From Eubacteriales bacterium (GTDB taxonomy: Bacteria; Bacillota; Clostridia; Oscillospirales; CAG-382): 24,000 nt of DNA. The position numbers were made by a program, and so were the translations under genes. Below the pieces are notes generated by a model. The model worked only from the letters and a program-made list of their open reading frames with translations. It was not told the DNA's origin and made no database searches. Location of the stretch: contig JAZOCZ010000132.1 of NCBI GenBank assembly GCA_045596755.1, forward strand, positions 1 through 24,000. The letters run 5' to 3'. Below are positions 1-7,835 of the stretch, piece after piece (position 1 is the stretch's first letter; the number at the start of each line of letters is the position of its first letter).

Positions 1-286
1 CATCTGCACTGTATTCAATTCTTGTTGTCAAATCGCTATTTAATAACTCGACAAGACCTTTTTGTATTTCTCTTCGTACCGTTCGTCCTGAACACCCTAT
101 TTGACGTCCTATTTCTTCGCTTTTCATCCCTGATTTATACAATGCTTCTATTTTTATTCTTTTTTCATAATTTAGGTGTTTACTTTTTCTTTGTGTTGTG
201 GTATTATTTAAGCGATCCATTTTGTTGCCTTTCGGTTGTTGGGTTTGGTCGCTTAACATTATACCATAGGTTTCATTATGGATCAA
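1..286 (-). mobile_element. Partial IS30-family insertion sequence (end not resolved)
   Basis: Contains the transposase 5' end plus its own promoter-like signal on the minus strand: TTGATC (281-286), 17 nt, TATAAT (258-263). The true IS terminus/inverted repeat must lie between 287 and about 411. It cannot be fixed without the other end of the element. Confidence 0.55.
2..220 (-). CDS. IS30-family transposase, N-terminal HTH fragment (CDS runs off the left window edge)
   Basis: Absent from the ORF track because it is open at the window edge. Reverse-strand translation from ATG at 220 gives MDRLNNTTTQRKSKHLNYEKRIKIEALYKSGMKSEEIGRQIGCSGRTVRREIQKGLVELLNSDLTTRIEYSAD... The KHLxYExRxKIEAL...G.S.RTVxREIxxG pattern is typical of the IS30-type transposase N-terminal helix-turn-helix. 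An AAAGG RBS lies 7 nt upstream. Confidence 0.75.
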   Translation of the reverse strand, partial: MDRLNNTTTQRKSKHLNYEKRIKIEALYKSGMKSEEIGRQIGCSGRTVRREIQKGLVELLNSDLTTRIEYSAD

Positions 287-411
287 CTTTTTTGGTCATT
301 TTATTTTACAACTTACCTATTTTTATCAGGATCTTTATGGATGTTTTTTGACAATAAGTAGAATTTAAAATACAAAAAAATGTTTTGCAATAACTTGATT
401 TCTATTCGGGG

Positions 412-439
412 TTGACTAAATGTTTTTTTGTGGTATACT
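412..439 (+). promoter_or_regulatory. sigma-A type promoter for hflX
   Basis: TTGACT (412-417), 16-nt spacer, TATACT (434-439), preceded by TGg (extended -10). It sits about 30 nt upstream of the hflX start. Confidence 0.55.
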
Positions 440-470
440 TTATATATTAAGTAAAATAAAAAGAGGTTTT

Positions 471-1721
471 ATGGAAATAACCAAAGAATTTGAAAGTGAA
501 TATGCAAAAGCGGTGCTTATATCCATAGGCGAGGATGAAGCAACGCTGGACGAACTTGAACGTCTTGTGGAAACGGTGGACGGCGAGGTTATTGCAAGAA
601 TGACACAGAATCGTGAAAAGCCTGACGTTTGCACGTATATTGGTTCGGGAAAGGCGAAAGAGCTTTCCGAGTTCATTGAAAATAACGGAGAAGTAAATCT
701 GGTTATTGCAGATGCTGAACTGACACCCTCACAGATTAAAAATCTTGAAGATGCTGTCGGTTGCCGTGTTATAGACCGAACCATGCTTATTCTTGATATT
801 TTCGCACTCCACGCCAACAGCGCGGCTGGTAAATTGCAGGTGGAGATTGCTTGTCTCCGATATACAGCGCCTCGACTTATGGGAAAAGGAAAAGAGCTTT
901 CCCGACTTGGAGGCGGTATCGGTACGAGAGGCCCGGGTGAAAGCAAGCTGGAGACAGACAGACGTCATATAAAACGCAGAATTGAAGCGTTGGAAGAAAA
1001 GCTTTCCGAGCTTGAACGCACAAGGAGCTTACAGAAGGAATCGAGAAGCAAAAAAGGGATTCCAACAGTTGCCATAGTGGGATATACAAACGCAGGCAAG
1101 TCAACCTTGCTCAACGCGCTCACGGGAGCGGGCGTTCTTGCGGAAGACAAGCTTTTTGCAACTCTTGACCCTGTTACGAGAATAATGAAGCTTCCTGCGG
1201 GAAATGAAGTGCTTCTCACTGACACGGTAGGATTTATTGACAGACTTCCTCACCATCTCGTAAAAGCCTTCAGATCAACCCTTGAAGAACTGAAATTTGC
1301 AGATATCGTTATGATTCTGACAGATGCTTCCGAAAACGTTGAAGAACAACTTCGGAAAAATGCGGTTACGGAGTCTCTTGTAGAGGAGTTCGGCGGAGGT
1401 TCAAAGGATATAATAAGAGTTTATAACAAAATTGATTCGTGTGAAAACAGGGAATTTATCCCCAAGGAAGGCTTTGGAATATCCGCGAAAACAGGAGAGG
1501 GTGTTGAATCCTTGCTTTCTGAAATCGAAAAAATTGTCAAAAGCAAAAAATGCGTTTGCGAATTTCTTATTCCGTACGCAAACATGGAGGTTTCAAACGC
1601 TCTTTACAAAAAAGCGACGGTTATTTCGTCCGAATACACGGATGAAGGAAATCTTATAGTTGCAGAGATGGAAAGCGCATATTTACCCCAATTCTTAAAA
1701 TATATGAAAAATAATAATTAA
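471..1721 (+). CDS. hflX: GTPase HflX
   Basis: HflX N-terminal domain pattern (LILDIFALHA...LQVEIACLRYTAPRL...GGGIGTRGPGESKLETDRR). G-domain motifs GYTNAGKST (G1), DTVGF (G3) and NKID (G4). Start moved from 420 to ATG 471 (MEITKEF), which follows a GAGG RBS. Confidence 0.9.
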   Translation: MEITKEFESEYAKAVLISIGEDEATLDELERLVETVDGEVIARMTQNREKPDVCTYIGSGKAKELSEFIENNGEVNLVIADAELTPSQIKNLEDAVGCRVIDRTMLILDIFALHANSAAGKLQVEIACLRYTAPRLMGKGKELSRLGGGIGTRGPGESKLETDRRHIKRRIEALEEKLSELERTRSLQKESRSKKGIPTVAIVGYTNAGKSTLLNALTGAGVLAEDKLFATLDPVTRIMKLPAGNEVLLTDTVGFIDRLPHHLVKAFRSTLEELKFADIVMILTDASENVEEQLRKNAVTESLVEEFGGGSKDIIRVYNKIDSCENREFIPKEGFGISAKTGEGVESLLSEIEKIVKSKKCVCEFLIPYANMEVSNALYKKATVISSEYTDEGNLIVAEMESAYLPQFLKYMKNNN

Positions 1722-1747
1722 CCATATGTAAAAAGTCACAAATAAAC

Positions 1748-1776
1748 TTGAAAATGTTTCTCTTGTATTGTATAAT
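1748..1776 (+). promoter_or_regulatory. sigma-A type promoter for the dockerin protein gene
   Basis: TTGAAA (1748-1753), 17-nt spacer, TATAAT (1771-1776). Confidence 0.55.
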
Positions 1777-1825
1777 GACAACAGATTATAATTGCTAATA
1801 AAATCTCTGAAAGGCAGATTGAATT

Positions 1826-3808
1826 ATGAAAGTTAATGCCACTCGTCGTGCTCTTGCACTTGTCCTTGCGATTTTGATGGTTTTAGGTGTTGCAACGCTT
1901 CTTTTTGAAGTTACAGCTGGGGCGGTCGTAGCAAACTACGCCAAGGGATGTTCCTATACGTCAAGCGCATATTCTGTTGTTTCCGGCATGGAGGACACGG
2001 GAAATCTTCTTACTGACGGTGTTGTCGGAACTACGGAAGCCATAGGCGTTACCGTTGCTTTCGGCGGTTCGAATAAGGTGCATACCCTTGTTTTCGACCT
2101 TGGTGAGATTAAATACGACGTTAAAATAATTAAATTTATGAACGTTTTGGTTGCGGGAAACAGACAATTTTCTGCGGAAGAAGTTACTATTTCAGTTTCT
2201 AAAAACCTTGAAACAGTAGGAAACGTTACAAATACCTATACCTATGATGTTGAATCTCAGTTCGGGGAAAATTGCTTTAATTATATTTACGATCTCAGTA
2301 TGGAAGCAGTTGGACGTTACGTTCAGATTACCATGGTTTCCCCTGCATACGTTCTCTCTTTGAGTGAAATTGAAATCTGGGGAAGCGGAAACCCTGTTGT
2401 TGAGGATGAAGAACCTGTTTTAGTTAACTATTCAAGCGGAATTACCTATTCTATTCCCGAGCTTCAATATCTTGAAGGATTTGAAGACAATGGAAAGCTT
2501 CTCACCGATGGTAACGTAGCGACGGTCGAAACAAAGGGAACATCTGTTGCATACGTAGGTACGGAGCATTTCTATACGTTGATTTTTGATCTTGGTGCAG
2601 TAAAAGACGATATAAAAACTGTTAAATTCAGAAACGTTTGTGTTGCAGGTAACAGGAACTTTGGAGCAGAACAAGTTGTTATTGCTGCTGCTGAATCTCT
2701 TGACAGTTCAGAGCCAATAGCGAGTGCTTACACATATGAAAGAGTTATCCAATCGGGAAGCACTTATTTCGATTTTGTCTACACCTTGGATTCTGAAGCA
2801 AGCGGAAGATACGTTTACATTACTATTTATTCGCCTTCTTACGTTCTTTCACTCAGCGAAATAGAAATCTGGAGCGCACCTCAAAGTAATTCTGCTGTTG
2901 TGGTTCCTGATCCTATTGACCCAACGCCTAAATTTGACATCACTCTTTCATGTGAAGAAAATTTTAAGGATAACGGACAGTTTGAACTTCTTTGCACTGT
3001 AAATAATATTACTGCAACTTACGGAATTGTTGCGGTGGATTTCGTTGTAAGCTACAACACAGCCGCATTTGCTCCTGCTTATCCTTCGGGAAATGATCTT
3101 TCCGCTAATTATATCAAAGTTGCTCCCATGGATGGAAAAAAGCTGCTTTGGGAAGATATCGGAACGTATTGCGACACTTCTGCAGGTAAGATTTATATGA
3201 GATTTGCTCACGTAAAAGCGGAAAATGGTGACGGTGCCAGAAATAACGGAGAGATTGTATTTAAAATCGTTTTCAATCCCAAGGTTTCCTATGGAACGTA
3301 TAATTTCGAAGCAACAAGCTGCAAGGGAACAGATCCAGGTTCTTCAAACTACAAAAAGCTTACAGAGGTTTATGCAAACGGTTCTTCCTGCTCAACTACA
3401 GCAATGCCCATTATAGACGAGCTTATTCCTACAGTCAGCGGAATTACCGTATCCGACGGATATATTTACGGAGTTAAACCAGGTCTTACAAAAGATGAGC
3501 TTGCTTCTATGTTCGAAGGCGAAGTTACCGTTACTGAAAACGGAGTAAGTAAAAAAGTAGGTACGGGTTACGTTGTTACGTCAGAGGGCGGAGGCGAATC
3601 CGCAGTTGTAGTAATTTATGGTGACGTTGACGGCTCCGGTTCTGTTGATGCTACGGACTATCTTTCCGTTAAAAAGCATTTTCTTAAGCAGATAAACGTT
3701 GAAGGTGTTTACGCTATTGCGGCAAATACCGACCAAAAGGGAACTATTGACGCTACGGACTATTTGAGAATCAAAAACCACTTCCTCGGCACAAATTTAC
3801 TTTACTGA
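1826..3808 (+). CDS. Secreted modular protein: signal anchor, 2x discoidin/F5-8 type C (CBM32-like) modules, cohesin-like module, X-module, C-terminal type I dockerin
   Basis: N-terminal hydrophobic signal (ALALVLAILMVLGVATLL). Two homologous ~150-aa modules both end in SLSEIEIW (aa 35-186 and 199-349). Cohesin-like beta-sandwich signature at aa ~368-525 (GIVAVDFVVSYNTAAF...GEIVFKIVFNPK..GTYNF). Duplicated Ca-binding dockerin repeats GDVDGSGSVDATDYLSVKKHFL / NTDQKGTIDATDYLRIKNHFL (nt ~3617-3796). Confidence 0.85.
   Translation: MKVNATRRALALVLAILMVLGVATLLFEVTAGAVVANYAKGCSYTSSAYSVVSGMEDTGNLLTDGVVGTTEAIGVTVAFGGSNKVHTLVFDLGEIKYDVKIIKFMNVLVAGNRQFSAEEVTISVSKNLETVGNVTNTYTYDVESQFGENCFNYIYDLSMEAVGRYVQITMVSPAYVLSLSEIEIWGSGNPVVEDEEPVLVNYSSGITYSIPELQYLEGFEDNGKLLTDGNVATVETKGTSVAYVGTEHFYTLIFDLGAVKDDIKTVKFRNVCVAGNRNFGAEQVVIAAAESLDSSEPIASAYTYERVIQSGSTYFDFVYTLDSEASGRYVYITIYSPSYVLSLSEIEIWSAPQSNSAVVVPDPIDPTPKFDITLSCEENFKDNGQFELLCTVNNITATYGIVAVDFVVSYNTAAFAPAYPSGNDLSANYIKVAPMDGKKLLWEDIGTYCDTSAGKIYMRFAHVKAENGDGARNNGEIVFKIVFNPKVSYGTYNFEATSCKGTDPGSSNYKKLTEVYANGSSCSTTAMPIIDELIPTVSGITVSDGYIYGVKPGLTKDELASMFEGEVTVTENGVSKKVGTGYVVTSEGGGESAVVVIYGDVDGSGSVDATDYLSVKKHFLKQINVEGVYAIAANTDQKGTIDATDYLRIKNHFLGTNLLY
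1928..2872 (+). repeat. Intragenic tandem duplication (two discoidin-like modules)
   Basis: Protein-level repeat: VANYAKG..LLTDGVVGT..HTLVFDLGEIKYDVKIIKF.NV.VAGNR.F..E.V...GRYVQITM.SP.YVLSLSEIEIW versus LVNYSSG..LLTDGNVAT..YTLIFDLGAVKDDIKTVKFRNVCVAGNRNF..GRYVYITIYSPSYVLSLSEIEIW. Confidence 0.8.
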
Positions 3809-3815
3809 TTTAATT

Positions 3816-3850
3816 TCCCGCAGGCTTAAATAGCTTGCGGGAGAATTTTA
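3816..3850 (+). terminator. Putative rho-independent terminator
   Basis: Stem TCCCGCAGGC / GCTTGCGGGA (one G-U pair) with loop TTAAATA, followed by a weak T-rich tail (gagaatttta). Confidence 0.5.
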
Positions 3851-3900
3851 ATATATGAGGGAAAATGCCGAAAAATGTTAACTAAAAATGAAAAATGGGG

Positions 3901-3929
3901 TTGACAATCGAAAATAATTGTGATATACT
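3901..3929 (+). promoter_or_regulatory. sigma-A type promoter for the TM2/DUF2752 pair
   Basis: TTGACA (3901-3906), 17-nt spacer, TATACT (3924-3929), with TGa extended -10. Confidence 0.6.
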
Positions 3930-3993
3930 TTTTCCAACATGGAAGGGCGTTTTTTGCCAAACCGTGACATATTTATTTTTCGGAGGTAATACT

Positions 3994-4380
3994 ATGTATT
4001 GCAAAAATTGTGGTCAACAGATGAACGACAATCAGGCTATATGCTTGGCTTGCGGCGTTGAAAAAGGAAAAGGTAATGCTTATTGCAGCAACTGCGGAGC
4101 TGCTATTGCTCCCAATGCAGCTGTTTGCATGAACTGCGGCGTTGCTGTGACTCAGCAGAATAAGGGTAGTCTCAATGGAAAGGACAAGCTTACTATTGCT
4201 TTGGTTTGCTTCTTCCTTGGCGGTCTCGGTATTCACAACTTCATGATGGGCGAAACAAAGAAAGGCGTTACAAGAATCGTTGCTTCTCTTCTTTGCGGTC
4301 TTGGCAGTATTCTTGCTTTGATTGACTTTGTTAAGATCTTGCTTGATAAATATACATACGATCCCAACGCAATGTTCTAA
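3994..4380 (+). CDS. Double zinc-ribbon / TM2 domain membrane protein
   Basis: Start moved to ATG 3994 (MYCKNCG), which follows GGAGG at 3982-3986. Two CxxC..CxxC units (CKNCG..CLACG; CSNCG..CMNCG). These are followed by a TM2-like two-helix segment (LVCFFLGGLGIHNFMMGETKKGVTRIV..LCGLGSILALIDF). Confidence 0.8.
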   Translation: MYCKNCGQQMNDNQAICLACGVEKGKGNAYCSNCGAAIAPNAAVCMNCGVAVTQQNKGSLNGKDKLTIALVCFFLGGLGIHNFMMGETKKGVTRIVASLLCGLGSILALIDFVKILLDKYTYDPNAMF

Positions 4381-4383
4381 ACC

Positions 4384-4710
4384 TTGAGGAATTTCAAGAG
4401 AAAGCTATTGATATTTCCTTGCATATTTCTGATGTATGCTTTGTTGGATTTGTTCGACGTATCATGCTTTATTAAATATGTCACAGGTGTATCTTGTCCA
4501 GGTTGCGGTATGACCCATGCTCTGATGAAGGCTTTGACTTTTGATTTCAGAGAGGCGTTCCGTTATCATCCTATGTTTTGGTCAGTCCCTGTTCTTTTTC
4601 TGTATTTTTTTAAGGATGGGGTATTGTTCAAAAACAAAATCCTGAATCTTGGCGTTTTTATCGCGATTCTTTCGGGATTTATGGTGAACTGGGTTTATAA
4701 ATTAGTTTAA
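4384..4710 (+). CDS. DUF2752-like membrane protein
   Basis: N-terminal TM helix, then the CPGCGMTHA motif typical of DUF2752, then further TM helices. The start codon is uncertain: TTG 4384 is as given by the track, and alternatives are TTG 4408 or ATG 4432. None has a convincing SD. Confidence 0.65.
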   Translation: MRNFKRKLLIFPCIFLMYALLDLFDVSCFIKYVTGVSCPGCGMTHALMKALTFDFREAFRYHPMFWSVPVLFLYFFKDGVLFKNKILNLGVFIAILSGFMVNWVYKLV

Positions 4711-4737
4711 AACGGGCGATTCCGCCCGTTTTTTTGA
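4711..4737 (+). terminator. Rho-independent terminator
   Basis: Perfect stem AACGGGCG / CGCCCGTT with loop ATTC, followed by TTTTTTT. Confidence 0.85.
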
Positions 4738-4880
4738 CCTTTTTATCGGGTGATTTTTCTTGTTCTACAGGGTGACGAATTTTAATAAAAACATATTTAC
4801 CCTTTTATTTATTTGCCGTATAATGTGTTTGTTCGCATCGAAGTATCATTAAAAGTAGTTGCAGAAAGGAAATTCGAATT

Positions 4881-5183
4881 ATGAAACACATTTATTTTTG
4901 CTGTGAATCAATGAAACAAAATATAAAAGAAACTCGAAGTATTATTTATAATGAAATATTTGATGAATACGGAATTCGATGTGAAGAAGATGGGGGAGCG
5001 TCCTTGTTGACGTTGGAGTTTTGTCCATGGTGCGGTAAAAAATTACCTAACAGTCAAAGGGATAGATGGTTTGAAGAATTAGAAAAAATGGGTTTCTATA
5101 ATCCTTTTGAAGACCCAATCCCAAAAGAATTCAAAACTTCACATTGGAGAGAAAAAATTGATATGGAGAAAGAGGATATATAA
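4881..5183 (+). CDS. Small conserved-looking protein of unknown function (CCxxM ... CPWCG motif)
   Basis: The 100-aa ORF has an AAGGA RBS. N-terminal FCCESM and central EFCPWCGKKLP, then RDRWFEELEKMGF..IPKEF. I recall this arrangement as an uncharacterised DUF (possibly DUF6980), but I cannot verify that. Confidence 0.6.
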   Translation: MKHIYFCCESMKQNIKETRSIIYNEIFDEYGIRCEEDGGASLLTLEFCPWCGKKLPNSQRDRWFEELEKMGFYNPFEDPIPKEFKTSHWREKIDMEKEDI

Positions 5184-5197
5184 GTTACTCAGTAGAT

Positions 5198-5245
5198 AAC
5201 AAAACGTACGGCATTCAACTTCGGTTGAGCGTCGTTTGTTTTAGA
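5198..5245 (+). terminator. Putative terminator (imperfect extended hairpin)
   Basis: Core TCAAC-TTCG-GTTGA (5215-5228), extended by imperfect flanking pairing (AAAACGTACG.. / ..CGTCGTTTGTTTT) that ends in a T-run. Confidence 0.45.
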
Positions 5246-5431
5246 AAACAATAGCATTTCTTTCTTGAAGCTTTTTGTGTTTCAACCAAATTATGATACA
5301 TTCAATTACGTATTAAAGTAAGAGCAGAAAAGTCTTATTTTTTTGTGTGTCTCAATTCCTATTTGAGAGTTTTCAATGCTCTTATTCAATATTTATTTGT
5401 TAATTTTCCTAACTTTTCACGGAGATTTTTT

Positions 5432-6829
5432 TTATTTTCTAATACCTTCTTTTTTACCTAAAACTTTTTTTGGAACTACCACGATATAGTCAAGAAGTCC
5501 TGAAAGGTTAAAGGGATAAATTGGATACATATAGCCCTGACCGAAACTCTTTTTTCTGAAAAGCAAAACTGACCATGCCACAGAAACTGCAAAAATTCCG
5601 TACAGTCCTGCAAAATATCCTGAAAATAACATTACGAATCTTAACACCACCGCGGGTGAAGAAAAAGCAGGAGTTATATAAGCGGAAACAGCAGAGATCG
5701 CAACTATAACAATTATGGTAATACTTGTAAGTCCTGCTTCAACAGCAGCGTCACCCAGAATAAGTGACCCCACAAGTCCTGCTGCATCTCCTATGGAGCG
5801 GGGCATTCTTACACCTACCTCACGAATAAGTTCGAACAGAATAAGCATTAAAAGCATTTCTCCAAACAGCGAAACAGTGGATTTTTCTTCAAGCTCGAAA
5901 ATAAAATCAAGAATCTTTTTGGGAAATGAGTTTGCATGATGATAAACGAGAGATATAAAAATTGCGGGTAGAAAAATATTCAAGGTGAAAGCAAAAAAAC
6001 GCACAAGACGAATAAAGGAAGAATACCATGGATTTTTCAGATAATCCTCTGCGCTCTGAAACCCTTCGATAAAATAATAAGGTGCGGTGAGAACATACGG
6101 ACTGCCGTCGCAAATTACACCAACACGGCCTGAAAGTATTTTTGATGCGACTTTATCCACCTTTTCCGTACTCCCCATCGATGGGAAAAAGTCGGTTTTT
6201 CCATCTCTGAAAAAAGTTTCAAGGTTGGCGGAATCAACTATATATTCCTTTGAAAATCCTTGAAGTTTTTCTCTTATCGTATTTAAAGCACAAATGTCAA
6301 CCCTGTCTTCAAGGTAGCAAATAAAAATCGTTGTCTGTGAAATTTTGCCTACGGATATCATTTCAACTCTGAATTTATTGGTTCTTATTATTTTTCGAAG
6401 CATTGCAACGCTGTTTTCTCCGTTTTCCGTAAATCCCGCTTTGGGTCCTCTGACGGTAACGTCTGAATCAGGCTCTGAAATTGCTCTTCCTGCAAAAACG
6501 TCTGACGCACAAAAAGCTGTATAGATTTTGTCGCTTTTTATTGCAACGATAACGCAACCGCGAAGCAGGCAGGTTATAAGCAAATCAAAATTGTCTGTAA
6601 CCGTAACGGCAGCACAAGTGACCGCTTCGTTGAAATTTCCTCTGAACGAATCAAATTTTGCCTCTGTCTTCATCTTCATAAGCGGTACGATGATTCCGTC
6701 GGCAACGTATCTTCTGTCTACCATATTTTTCATAAAGAAAACTGTGCATTTTTGTGTATCTATCTCTCTCATAATAAGGTCGGCAGAATCTCCCATATGA
6801 GAGGTCATTTTTTCTATAAAATCCTTCAT
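5432..6829 (-). CDS. Spore germination protein, GerA family (A-subunit/SpoVAF-like)
   Basis: The 465-aa protein has the GerA-family layout: a soluble N-terminal part and a C-terminal membrane domain. Characteristic stretches are ELIREVGVRMPRSIGDAAGLVGSLILGDAAVEAGLTSITIIVIVAISAVSAYITP and SFGQGYMYP. AAGGA RBS lies 5 nt upstream. Confidence 0.85.
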   Translation of the reverse strand: MKDFIEKMTSHMGDSADLIMREIDTQKCTVFFMKNMVDRRYVADGIIVPLMKMKTEAKFDSFRGNFNEAVTCAAVTVTDNFDLLITCLLRGCVIVAIKSDKIYTAFCASDVFAGRAISEPDSDVTVRGPKAGFTENGENSVAMLRKIIRTNKFRVEMISVGKISQTTIFICYLEDRVDICALNTIREKLQGFSKEYIVDSANLETFFRDGKTDFFPSMGSTEKVDKVASKILSGRVGVICDGSPYVLTAPYYFIEGFQSAEDYLKNPWYSSFIRLVRFFAFTLNIFLPAIFISLVYHHANSFPKKILDFIFELEEKSTVSLFGEMLLMLILFELIREVGVRMPRSIGDAAGLVGSLILGDAAVEAGLTSITIIVIVAISAVSAYITPAFSSPAVVLRFVMLFSGYFAGLYGIFAVSVAWSVLLFRKKSFGQGYMYPIYPFNLSGLLDYIVVVPKKVLGKKEGIRK

Positions 6830-6902
6830 AAAAATCCTTGCCTTTTTTTATTTTATTATTCCCTGAAGACTTATATTTATCACGAAACTGAATTAAAAAG
6901 TC

Positions 6903-6931
6903 TTGACATAAGAAGATAGCTGTTGTATAAT
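6903..6931 (+). promoter_or_regulatory. Perfect-consensus sigma-A promoter for the lipoprotein operon
   Basis: TTGACA (6903-6908), exactly 17 nt, TATAAT (6926-6931). It lies about 35 nt upstream of ATG 6966. Confidence 0.65.
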
Positions 6932-6965
6932 ACAATTTGAAGTATTGTGTGAAAGGAATGGTGAA

Positions 6966-7835
6966 ATGAAGAAAAAAACGTCGGTTAAGCTTTTGTGTCT
7001 GACTCTTGCTTTACTTTCCCTTTCATCGTGTCAATCCTTCAAAAAAAGGCTTGCAGGCGATTTGACAGACCATGGAATAAGCATGGACTCTCTGGGAACG
7101 GGGGCGGTTTTTCTTCCTGCAAATAATTCTGCACCCATAGAACCAAGTCCATACGATACGATTTATGAAAATTGCCTTTTTGTTGGAAATGGTGTTATAT
7201 GTGATTTTTATAAATCGTTGATAATGTGGCAAAAGGAACAGCCAAAACTTTTTGAAAAAGCTAATTTCTTTTGTAACGAAAATTTTAGCGTTTATGAGAA
7301 CAATTATTCAAATCCTAATTATGCTTCGTCCATTTTTCCGACTGTAACTAAAAAGGACGATATGACAGGGGAGATGAAGGAAGTTAAATGTACCATTGAA
7401 ACGGCGGTGGAACATTATAATGCAGACCTTATAGTTTTCTGTCTCGCGGGGATAAATGATCTTCCTGTGTATGGTGATGAAGAAAATTGTCACGTTAAGG
7501 CGGCTTTGGAAATGGGAAAACTTATAAAGAATTTGAAAAATAAGTTTCCTGACGTTTCTGTTGTTGTACTTAGTGCCACGCCTATCTCGTCTGAGGCAAC
7601 GCCTATGAAAAGCATAAACAATGAAAAAATAAAAGGCTTGAACGAAGAACTTCTGAAATCATGCACGAGCAACAGTGCAGACTTTATTGATATGACTTCT
7701 CTTTTTGCGGATGAAAACGGTAGTCTGAAAAAAGAATTTTGTGCGGATAATTATTGCAAACTTAATGAGGAGGGATGCAAAGCCATTCTTGCTTCTCTCA
7801 GGTTTTATGCATCTAAAAGAAAAGGAGAATTATGA
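6966..7835 (+). CDS. Lipoprotein, SGNH/GDSL-hydrolase-like paralog 1 (catalytic Ser and His replaced)
   Basis: Start at ATG 6966 (MKKKTSVKLLCLTLALLSLSSC, lipobox LSSC). It aligns with the two downstream paralogs (FVGNx, AGINDL, VVVLSATP, FID). However it reads GNG (Gly codon 7191-7193) where they have GNS, and YCK (Lys codon 7758-7760) where they have CH. Confidence 0.75.
   Translation: MKKKTSVKLLCLTLALLSLSSCQSFKKRLAGDLTDHGISMDSLGTGAVFLPANNSAPIEPSPYDTIYENCLFVGNGVICDFYKSLIMWQKEQPKLFEKANFFCNENFSVYENNYSNPNYASSIFPTVTKKDDMTGEMKEVKCTIETAVEHYNADLIVFCLAGINDLPVYGDEENCHVKAALEMGKLIKNLKNKFPDVSVVVLSATPISSEATPMKSINNEKIKGLNEELLKSCTSNSADFIDMTSLFADENGSLKKEFCADNYCKLNEEGCKAILASLRFYASKRKGEL

Noticed and set aside
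22-351. 109-aa + strand ORF at the window start
   Set aside because: It is Phe/Leu-rich antisense noise. It lies opposite a minus-strand sequence that translates into a clear IS30-type transposase N-terminus.
440-1225. Several minus-strand ORFs (168, 79, 75 and 86 aa) inside hflX
   Set aside because: They are fully embedded antisense to a confidently identified GTPase gene. Their translations are low-complexity Ser/Arg-rich with no RBS.
6830-6900. Sporulation sigma-factor (sigma-F/G/E/K) promoter upstream of the GerA-family gene
   Set aside because: I found only a GAATA pentamer without a matching -10 element at correct spacing. I cannot support a call by eye.
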